Assembly: GCA_965112155.1 (NCBI GenBank)
Contig: OZ218108.1
DNA: 64,000 bases
Origin: Podarcis liolepis
Taxonomy: Eukaryota
Reading direction: 5' to 3' (one strand)
Position numbers and translations under genes: made by a program. The number at the start of each line of letters is the position of its first letter. Within the stretch, counting starts at the first letter, position 1. This document shows positions 38,701 to 50,700 of this stretch, in pieces. The notes below the pieces were generated by a model. It searched no databases and was not told the origin of the DNA. It saw nothing but the letters and a program-made list of their open reading frames with translations.

Positions 38701-41700
38701 CTATTGTTCATTTATTTGAGTCCTATTTTTCTGCAAATCACACATTGCAGATCAGGCAACTTGAATCATTTTCACATGTTACAAAATTGACCATATATCA
38801 TTAGCCACCAAAGGCATAAATGTATAAACACTTACTAACTTAGATGGGTTTTCCTCGAAAGGTAGTATCACCAAGCAATAAAGATTTCTATTGTAACAAT
38901 CCTGCAGCTATGGAGTCAAGTAAAGCAATAAAAATGCAATATATCATCAAATTATTTCCATCCACTTTTCAGATTATAATAGGGCCTATCTTGTTTGTAT
39001 GAAACTGTTTGACAAATGGTGGCTTACCATCAGTCAGTAAGGGGGGGAAACCATATTTATTTACTGGTTGGCCATATGCGTGGAAAATAAGGGAAGGAGA
39101 ATGACAGATAAATTTCTTGGCTGAGTGGCTTGCTGTCAGACACAATTCTTCTAAGTGTCGGTAGTATACCCTTTAGCTATCAGCAGAGTTCAATAGTAAA
39201 GAGCAGATTGTATCAAACCCTGCACAATGCAGCAAATGCTTCTCTTGCTTTGCTATTTGCCCATATAATCAAACATTTAAAAGACTAGATGGGAAAATAT
39301 TAATTTTTCAGAAGCACAAAAGGGAGGGGAAAAACACTTATATCTCCCCGCTGCTCACCTCTATATATTTTACACATATTCAGTCTCATTGTGCAGCAGA
39401 AAAACTTTGAGGGGAAAGGTCAAATACTGTATTATGCTTTTTTAAAAAAATCCTACCAAGGAGCTTACTATTGCTAGTTAGATGTATGGCTATCTTCCAG
39501 GCTTGGAATGGACAGTGTTACACAGCTAATAAAATGGGCTCTAAGTGAAAGGCTGTACACTGGACAATCAGATGCTAGACATGTCTTATTATGACTAGCA
39601 ACTACATTTATTTCATCAGTAAGTATGTGAAGTTACAGCCTACCCGTAGCAACTAACAAAATGTATCTGGTTAGCAAAATGTACAGACAAAATCCAATGT
39701 TGTACAAGTAGGACTTCAGCTTGTGCAATGGGACTTCGTCAACCCTACACACTTCATAGGGCGAGCGAAGGAAAAGATAGAAAAGGAGAGCCATGTTGAA
39801 CCAGAGGTTCGTTCCAGTGGCAGGATGTGACTACTGGATGTTGCACACTGGATTCAAAACATGTTGGAGATATCCAATTTCAATGGCACATACTGACGTT
39901 CTGGTGCATCCTTTGTGTGCTTTTATTTCAGTTTTTGCTTTGCTGGGAAATCACCTTCTCTTTAGATAACTTTTCATGTCTATTTGTCAAGCTAATAAAG
40001 TAATACCTTCGGAGATTAACCAGAAAGTTTGATATCTTATACATCACTCAAAAGACTTCTGCATTCACATACTCAAAGCTTAATGCCTGCTTATGTGAGG
40101 AAAGTCTACTATATAACCACACTTTTATATATATGGAATGAAATAACTTTAGTCCAGCTCAGTTTACCTCTGAGGAGACATTTTTGGACAGAAGCAATCT
40201 ATACATTGTTTATGATTCAACAAGCATGAAAGCATTTAAAATAGTTTCTTCTGCAGTATTTTAAAATTATATTAATAAGCAACATACATATAACCTGATC
40301 ATAAATACATTCACTGAGAAATAAAACCCATTAATTTTAACAGGCTTACTTTTTACTAAGTGTGCGTGGGATTGTAAAACTAGTCATTGTTTTTTAAAAA
40401 ATGAATGCCTTAAAAAACACAGGGTTATTTGGAAGAGATTGTGCGCTGCAACACCGAAGGGCCTATTCTACTGTGACTTCTGGTTTGGACCAGGTGGCAT
40501 GAAAAATATAGAGAGTCCCACTATTGTACCACCTGAAATTTCTTACTGCCAGCATTCTCTATATATTTGCAAGTAACTATTTACTATGATATGAACATTT
40601 TGTATTTTCCTTTTCTCTCTAACTAAATTCTTCAGTAAATTTAATTTGTAATGTTCAGATAGTGCACTCCTTACAAAAGATGTTAAGAACAGTAGTTGTC
40701 CTCAAGGACCCATTTGCTTAGCCCTAACTAGATCTTAATAGGACTGTTTCCAGCCTATAAATAAGCCCAAAGAACAATACTGTACAATGTATTTCATGCC
40801 GATTTTGTCTTTATAAATAGCAGTTCACAGAACAGTAGACATATCATAAATTAAACACAGTATATACCCTAAAGAATAATTGCTGCAGTGTTTTAATTAA
40901 CAGAAACTCTAAACACACAATTGCTTAAATACTTGGATAGAATAAATTATCTTACAAGATCCAAGTAATAATAAAAAAATCAACAGGCGCAGAAGTCCCA
41001 AATTATGTGCTATGAGAGAACTGCTTCTGTGTCATGAAAATAATGATTAAAATCAGATCATTAAAGGCTCCCAGGGGCCCAAAGGCAGCCACCCACAGCT
41101 GCTACTCACTATATCTCTACATAAAGTACTACTCTGGAATTCCATCCTTCCAACTGGAAATAGAATTGCTAATTCTGCCCCATATCTGCATCAAGAATGA
41201 TTGGATAATATTAAATCATCCCTAATACAAGACACAGGAAAACTACCTATACTCACAAGAAACTGCCTAATAATATACCACCCTATACCCGGGGGGGGGG
41301 GGTCTGATGGGTTTACATGAGCCTTATCCAGGAAGGAAAGAAAAAGGAAGTAGTTTTGGGTACAAGTGTTATCCCAAAATCAATTCTGCAAAGGTGGTAG
41401 TCCTAGCAAAAACTACAGCTCCAAGGAACTGCTGGGATTTGCCATCCTGATGTGTTCAGCAGCACCTTGGACAAGGACAAGATGAAGAGGCAGATCTTTC
41501 TCCTCTTATTTCACAGACAATGCACTGCATGTTGGCCAATATAGCTGAGGCTTTTAAATAAAAAGGGGAAAGTTTGGGAAGGGGATCTGAGTGTTAGACA
41601 AGGGAAGGGCTGGAAATTCTTATGTCAAAGCCAGAAAATAATTTGGGACTTTTTATAGCCTGCCTATTCCTTGCAGTGAGCTTCATGAGCCTCAAAGGTA

Positions 41701-44700
41701 ATTTCTAGGCGCATGCCCACTACATTTTTCTGGCATCTCTTATTTTCTTTAATCCTTCAGTGCCTTACTATGGGAACTCAAACTGAACCTTTGATTTACA
41801 AAGCATAAATTCTAAAGGCTGCCTATGACCTAAATTATGCTCTTCAGAGCCCCCAAACCAGAACACAGTAATATAATTACTAAATATCACACCAAATAAA
41901 GATGTCCCCAAATCATGTCAGCTGAAAGTAGAGATGTCATGTCCTTTGAAAATTGCACTCTCCTTACCTTAACTCAGCCTTTTCCAACCTGGTGTCCTCC
42001 AGATGTTTTGGGACTACAAAGCCTATGATCTCTACCTAATGGCCATGCTGGCTGGGGCTCATGGGAGATGTAGTCCCCAAGTTCTAGGGGGCACCAGGGT
42101 GGGCAAGGCTGCCTTAAGCCAATGGCAATACGACAGTGATACAATGATAGTGGTTTCCTAATCGCATTTTCAACGCATATGGAAAAAGCCAAACCTTTAT
42201 CATTCATCAGCTACCTAATACACATACACACAGTTAAAATGTGTTAAGAGCTAACTAATCTCTTTGAAAACAAGTGACGATTTTCTAGGTTCTACCCTTT
42301 CATTGTAAATTTCCATTCTACTATTAACACTTACTAGTGAAGGTAACTGTTGGCAAGCAGAATGGAATAAAAAATGAACATTACGGAGTGAACACACTAA
42401 ACAGATGGTGCTTACTTCAGTGGCCTACTTACTTAAATTAAACATTGATATAGTGTTGTGGTAGGGCCTGTCATTTGCCTGTCATCTCATCCACGCCTCA
42501 ACATAAAGCAAGTATATTTTGCAAACAGGTAAGATCTTACTGTACCTAGCGCTTATTGTAAGTGCAAAGAGATTTACAGCCCGTACCAGCAGGTAAATAA
42601 ACAGCTTGTGCAATGGAGTGGAATTAAGTATCCAGCCACAGACAGAAAGCCAATACTTTACAAATGGGAGCGCTACAGCCCAGCTGCCAGAGGCATCTAC
42701 ATGAAGCTCCTTAAGTACTATTACTCACGAGTCTCTCCAGATACAGTTTGTTATCCCCACCTTAAGTGGTTCCCTCTAGTTTTGCTTCTGCATTAGACAT
42801 GATGAATGTATTACAGGAATTCTGATGGGGGGGGGAATTAAGCTACAGGGGAAGCAACACAAGCCTTTCACCAATTCTGTCCATGATTTTCCAACACTCA
42901 GGTGGTACTCACCTACGTAGGCTTCCTCCTCCACTGGTAAACGGACAGACATGCAAAGGTAGGTATCAGACTGGAATGACACAACAGGGGAAAATACATT
43001 AGGCATATTTCCCCCCAAAAAAGTCAAAATTTGCTAATTTCACAAACAGTTCACCTTCCATATATGTATACATTTCTTGCAACAGGTGACCTTGAAAACA
43101 GCTAAAATAACTTCTAGAGTAGAAGTATGCCTATATGATAAACTAATGATAAACTAGCTATAACATACTTTTTACTTCTATATTAGATCATATATTAGAT
43201 AATCAGTATTTCTAGAGGGCATGCATTTCTGGCTAGGATAAGAATTTACACAAAGCAAACCTACTATATTAATCAGAAAATGGCTAAAATAGGTAAGCTG
43301 GGTCCTCAATGCTCTTCTACATATAGTTCTTTGATGCCAGTAGCACATTGGTGAGTCAGCTACTGAGGAATTAATACACACACTCAACAACAGCTTCCAG
43401 GCTAAGAGACAAATGTACAGCCTGCAGTAGTCATTTTGTGCTATAGCTGTACTCTGGGGCTATTGCAATGGAACACAGGAACTGTATCCTCTAGTGGCAA
43501 GCAAATCAAGGATACTATACAGCACATTCTGATTTTATTGTGTGGGCTGCCGGGGACAGGGGGCAGGAGAGAAGTACATTAAAAGTGAGTAATTAACAAG
43601 GAAGTTCCTCGTGTAAGCATTTCCCTGGAAATGAAAGGGAGCAAGACAAAGCCATGCTGGATTTTGCCCCAAATGCACTTCTAAGCCCTTGCTAAATCTC
43701 TCTACAGATATGCACTTGGATAATACCAGGGGGCCGGGGGGAATAATCAAATCAATATTACTTCAAGGTAGAGGACATATTCCCAAGTCACAGATCCTCC
43801 CCATACCATACCCTTGTTCTCATACAATATTAAACATAATTAAGTAGTTCACTCTGGGTATAGAGAATACCAAGAATGGAAATCCATAACTGTGTCTGTA
43901 TGCTCCTCACTTCAATTAACATTAATGAAAGTTAATCAAGAGAATGTTTCCCTTAGAAGTAAGCAATGGAAAGTCGGCTGAGACACACATTTGTAATCGT
44001 CTTCAGCGCAAATTGGAACATGACAACCCTGTACAGACATCAGTTACTTCACAAGTCCCAGCAGTCGCACAATGCCGTGAAATGCAAGATGTGTAGGGCC
44101 AGCATGACCCACGTTTTACAAGTGCCTGTGCTAATTTCGTGGCTGCAAGTTGCTACTGTTTCAAAACCCAAAGCTTTTTAAGAGACAATGGAGCTGAAGT
44201 CCACAATTCAAATGCCTTTTTTTAAAGACACAAAATAATTGAATTCCAGCCATATGTATTTGCCCTTCCAAATTTTTGCAGAAATATTAAACATGAAGCA
44301 AGACAACTGTTTGTGCAGGTCATCCTATATACAATACAAGGCATTTGGAACTGAGGAACTATATATGTGAAAGAGAATAAATCAGAGAAAATTTTCCCTT
44401 AAACCTTTGGCCCTCCAGATGTTGCTAAACTATAACTCCCTTCATCTGTGCTTGCTAAGGCTGGTGGGAGTTGTAGCTCAGCAACATGTGGAGGGCCAAA
44501 GGATCTCAATGCCTCCCCAAAATGAAGTTCTTATTTGTTCTGCAGGTTCCAGTTCTATATTCTGGTACTGTATTACCACAGCAAGCTTATCTTCTACATA
44601 TGTTACAACTTTGCCTCTTTCCGTTGCACCATAATGTCAAGTCCCATTCAACTCCCCATGGACTGCAAGAATTAATAAAGTTTTGAACTGGAAAATGTGC

Positions 44701-44703
44701 AAG

Positions 44704-44737
<34 letters not shown>

Positions 44738-47700
44738 GCAGCAGCAGCAGCAGCAGAAAATACACTTGCCATTTTTTTCAAGAAATTTAACATATTAAAC
44801 AAGTTTCCTAAAATTTCTTTGCCACCAGTGACGGACAATCTGGATACAATGACAGATCATAGTTCATTGTCATGAGACCAATCACAGTGAGCTCAGGAAC
44901 CACAGCCCTCTCCCCCTCTAGTGAGAGTTTTGAACTCCTGAGGAAGAGTTTGGAAGCTTCTATTTCTGTTTTAAGCTAACCACAGTGAAATGTTATGTCT
45001 GAACCCAGACAGACAGTGATAAGTCTTGTGGCTGGTTGAAATAAGCAACTTTAAACCATAGTTTACAAAGTTCCCTTGTTTTCTCTATCTATATTTAAGA
45101 TTAATCACAGAGTAGGCAGGGATGGGATGTAACAATAGACAGTCATTAACTGGCAAGTTCCAATCTCTTCTTTGTGACTGCATTGGACGAGGCAAGAAGG
45201 AAAAACACACAAATCTTAGGCACATGCGTGTATCTATAACCCAATGTTTATCATTACATTCAAACTGGATCACTGATTAAACAAAAATACACTTATGGTG
45301 GACTTTGAGATTTGCTTAAATGACTAGCACTAAAACATATTATATATGCCCTCGAACACCTTGCTGGTCTCCACTGTGCCTCATTTCCAAAGGAAACACA
45401 AACCCTAAGTAAGAGCGAGGAAACCTGGAATCTCACACCGCTCAGAGATTGGGGCGGTGTGTAGCACTATTTCCCCCTCAAAAACAAGACATTTAATCAA
45501 AAGATTTTAAAATTTCCACTCTCTAGATCTGCAGAGGATTCTGAAGCAAGTTACAAATCCCCAAATAATGGGATAATTTCCTAATAATACAGGACACTCT
45601 AATTCTGCCGACTTCATCACTTCAAAGTAAATAATTCACACAAAGAAAGAACTTTAATGACTGTACAAGACCCATTGCTCTTTATCTTTCAAGCTGTCAG
45701 TGTTTGATAGTCATCTACACTAATGGCTATACTTCTATTAATAAACAAAAATAGACGAGCACTGAAAATGTCAATTGCTCTGCAATCTTCTGTCATTATT
45801 TCATATATTAGTCTGCAAGCAAACATATGCAAGCTCAGACATTAATGGCTTGGCAGCACTTGCAAACACACAAAGTGAACCACCTTATTCTTTAACACAC
45901 TTGCCTGATGAGTTCCTAAATACTTTCCAAACACTGAAAGAAAATAATGAACTACTTAAATTGCCTTTCTCCTACTTTCCTTCCCAAGCATTCAGTGTGA
46001 AAGTGTTGTTCATTCATTTTCCCCCAAACTAAATGCATTAAAACTAATAAAAAGATTAAACCTTTCCAAGTTCAAAGCTTCTAGTCTTATGGTTGCTTAT
46101 GCATGTGAAAGCTGATAAATTTGCAATAATATATATATATATATATTTAAAGGTCATAGTGGAGGCTTGGAGCTCTAGATTCAAACATGCCCATGCAAAA
46201 TATCATTACATTGATCTTTGGTCAATGAGAGGTTACAGGTTTGGGAACAAAGAGGATTAATTTGGGCATGATTTTGGTGACTTAGCAGAAGTAGGCAGCA
46301 TTTATCCTGTACTGATTTATCCTGTCACTTAGAGGCTGCAGCCAGTCGAGTCTGCTTTTTTTCATAAGTCCTGAATAGCAAGTCACGCTTATGAACAATT
46401 TAAATGACAGCAGCCATTTTCATGTACTGCCTCCATATAAATTAAATAGTTATGAAAGGATTCATTTTCCAGTGATGCATGTTCTTCTGTTATTCACCAT
46501 CCCATTTCCTTGATATCACTTTGAGTAGCTCTGTACAGAGGGTAAAAGATAGCCTCTGTATTATACATTTGAGCAAGATTCAAAATGTAAAATGCAAATG
46601 CCGAGCTTTGAACAGCAAAGATCTGAAGCACAATTAGCGATAGGAGGTTGATGCAAGAATATATTTTTTCCATTCTTACCAGTAAGCATTACTTAAGGCT
46701 GCCCTTGTTCTTTACGATATCACAGGCCTTTATGTAAAAAGCCCATTGTTCTAATTAGCCAACCCGGATGAAGAATTTTTCAAGGACTGATTTTTGCACA
46801 TATGCCATCTGTATTCATACTACAATGAACCCTGCCAACAGTGCTTAGAATTATTCCAGATGAATGCTACATTATTTCACGCTGTAGTGCAAGTATTTTT
46901 TTGCCCACACATAGAGAGCTCTGCTATTCTCAAACAATTTACGCAAGGTAGATTCCTGGAAGTCTTTTTTTAAATTCCTTTAGAATAATTAACCTAACAA
47001 ATGCCATCACCAAAGGCAGCCTGAACATGATAGCAGGTAGGGAAAAACCTCCACAACAGGATGCTGCTTCTTTTTATTAAAAAGGGGCGTGTAAACTATG
47101 ACAGTGGTGTGGTGCTGAGAATGCCTATATGCTACAAAGGTTTCCACGCACATTAATCCTAGCATGAAAGAAAGTGTTTACCATACCAAACTTTAGGACA
47201 TACATGTGTTAGGAATCAGGTTATACTGATCTGTGAACAAAAGAATAGGAGAGTCACTTAGAGCATCCTATGCACAGGTGAGAGGAAAGTGTTAAAACTA
47301 TTGCCTTCCCACAGATGCTTCTCAGCGGCTGTTTTTCTCCACTCCTACAATAAGAAAGTTGATGTGGGTTTTAATATGCTTTTAGTCTACTGCTATTTTA
47401 ACTTTTCAGAAGCTGCAGTACAAGTCACTGGCCCAGTTCAGATATCACATTCCAAAACATGGTCTGGAGGACTGAGCACAAGCTAAGGGTTTCCACATTC
47501 TCCTTTGTTTGCTGGCTTGATTTAGCAATAGTTTGTTCCTAAGGGCTGGTTTGGAGGGTCAGAAACATGACATTTGAACTGTGCTATTACAATCCACTCC
47601 AAGCATGTGAGCATGCTGCAAACTATTCAAGAATGAAAACACATTTATGAAAAAGCTCCCATTATTTTACTTCTCTTATTGTGCAAGATGATCACCATGA

Positions 47701-50700
47701 TGGGTGATATCACATGGAATTAATGGAAACTCATTGAAATGAGCTGCACATAAGCATAAGAGTCGTTGGAATTTATTCTAAGCCTCTGAGGCTGCCACTA
47801 TGCACACCCCAACAAATCAATGCCAGTAGAGCAGAACATACATCCGAACTAGAGCTAAATCACAGTCTTTCCAAGCTGCTGTTCCATGGTACAATACTTT
47901 TTGACTTTATAGCCTAGCGGCTAGGATCCCCACCTGCTATACCATAGATACTTTCAGTTGGACAGCACATGGATTTTTCTACACCTGCAGATTCCAAGTA
48001 TTTGTGTGGCTTAATTTCCAGAAAAGGTTTTTTACAGAATATTTTTACTTGACTCCTACTTGAAGTTTTCTTTCTCTACAGCCAAGAAACTGAAACAGAT
48101 GGTTCCAATCATAAGTTCCAGGAAATGCTTCCCAATAGCTAAATCACTTGTTTCAGCTTCTATTTGTGCAAGTGCCATCTGCAACATTGAGTCATCTCAT
48201 CGGCTGCAAAACATCCTATTCTTGTAATGCTTCTGAAGCTCTTAACGCTGCTACTAATTTCATGACTGGCAGTTCTATCTAAACATTATTTAATCACTTT
48301 TTAGCAGGGACTCTGAAATCCCGTAGAGCTTTTTGCCCATCTCCATGATGACTAGGAAAACATATGCAAAGTAAGAGAAATTATGTACCTGTAACTGCCA
48401 TTGTGTATACATAATTTAGCTTTTCTAAGTGTGTTTTTTTAAATCATCTTCACAGTGAATTTTCATAAAAGCACAAACTCTTATATAAGCCTTTCTGGGT
48501 CAGCAATTAAATGGTTATTAGGCTCCAAGACTGACTGCTGTATGTTTGCCAACATTGTAGAGGAGAGATTCAAGGATCTGGGGTAGAGCGCCTAATAAGT
48601 TTAGGGTAGAGAAGCACCTGAAACTGCATCACTGAAAGAAGAGAACTATTTAAACGGCCTGACCTGGTAAGCAAAAACACAGCCAAGTACCTTGTGGTAC
48701 CTTAAAGACCAACATATTTATTATGGCATGAGCTTTACCAAAGCCTATTTCACTAGATCCCTAAAATATTATCCTCAATTGCAGACTATATATGATCAGG
48801 TGTCATTAATCTAGGGTAAGGTATCAAGGTATTTCACTAATACACATGGCAATAGGGAAAGAACAAGGGATTACTTCTAAATCTTTTGTCTTAAAAAAGA
48901 AGAAAAAACTCTAGTTCCTTATTTAGCTTACAGGGGGCCAAATCTTTGTCCTCAGTAAAATCCTATTGTCATCTGTGTGCAATTTCCCCCAAAACTTTAA
49001 ATATATTGGAGAGTAATTTTATAAAATGGTTAATCAGAGGGATTCCCAGTTGTTTGTTTCTAATGTTACTAAGACATTCACCTGTAGACTTCTAAAGAAT
49101 CCTAAAGTGTTTTACCCACATAAATATTCTGGCATTTACACCAAATTGCATAAATCCCACAGACTGTTTTACAGGTGGAGAAATATTTCAGGACGTATCT
49201 TATAGGACGTATCTTATATGACCTTTAAAGCCCTAAATGGCTTTGGCCCTGTATATCTGAAGGAGGGTCTCCAACCACATCGTCCAGCCCAGACTCTTGA
49301 GATCTAACTCCGAGGGCCTTCTGGTGGTTTCCTCATTGCAAGAGATGAAGTTACAGAGAACCAGGCGGAGGGCCTTTTCGGCAGTAGCACCTGCCCTGTG
49401 GAATGCCCTCGCAACAGATGTCAAACAAATAAAAAGCTATGTGATTTTTAAAAGACACCTGAAGGCAGCCCTGTACAGGGACGTTTTAAGCACCAAAGGA
49501 GATACTGGCAAGTGCACAGACACCCATGGTAACTGGTTTAGCCACTCCAGCTTTAGACTGTTCTACAAAGAACAAAAGGAAAAATTCTGCACAACTAATT
49601 TAGTTTATGCAACTAAAATCGTTTCACATCTACCTTTAAAATATCAACTTATTTTAATCTGATTGCCTCTAGCTAGTTTAGGCCAGTTCCCTGACTAGAT
49701 TTCTAGAACATTCTTAGGTTGTTCTACACTTGTGTAAAACCTAAGGATAGGATACCACAAAAACAAATCTGCATGAAGTTGACATTGCTCCAATTCTAAC
49801 AAGTCTTCACCGGAGAATTCATATTAATATTCCCTCAAAACAGTCACTGGTTCTTTACAGATTCTGTTAGTGAGAATCACAGGAAAGCATTTATTCCACA
49901 GGGGCCTAGTATATGGTCATCTGAGAAGCCATTAAGCATTCTAAGCAACAGCGAGAACAAGCAGGACAATCCAGCTCTCCATGCACTCTTAACTCAGGGT
50001 CATTCTGAAGTCATCACAAGACAGATGTACCGATTGTAAATCTCCACCTGTTAATAAAGTGACATGACTACCTTTGTTCCTATTACTACAAGCAAAGCTA
50101 TAAGCTGATCTACATACGGACTTCTGTTCTCACCTGCTTAGGAGTTACCCCCGGCATGCGAATGTCCAATGCAAAATCTGATAAACTTAGAGGAACCAGC
50201 TGCCTGTTGCTGCCCAGGCATTCATTAGAATGTGACTTGGCAGAATCTTTATACCTAAAATTAAGAAGAAATATTAAATATGTACCTTTTATTTAAATGC
50301 ATTTCACAACTTGTATAACTCATACAGGTGCTCCAATAACTTTCGCTGCAGCTAGAATAATTTGAGAAATCCATGTGTGGATTACATAATACAGTTTGAA
50401 ATATTAAGAACTGGCAAAATATTAGCAATCATTTCATACACCAGGTCAAATGGTGGCTAACATGTCCCAAGTTTACCATGTACTGATAGGAAGGAAAGTT
50501 GTATTGATGAAACAAGTTCTTTGATATGTTTCAGCCAACTGAGCATCCAAACTACAGTGGTGGCCCGCAAGACGAATGCCTCGCAAGACGGAAAACCCGC
50601 TAGACGAACGGGTTTTCCGTTTTTGAGCTGCTTCGCAAGACGATTTTCCCTATGGGTTTGCTTTGCAAGACGAAAACGTCTTGCAAGTGTTCCGATTTTT

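Noticed and set aside
48688-48760. Penelope-like terminal fragment, a class that often carries a hammerhead ribozyme
   Set aside because: The catalytic core is degenerate on the minus strand (CTAGTGA instead of CTGATGA, GTAAAG instead of GAAAG); not credible as an active ribozyme.
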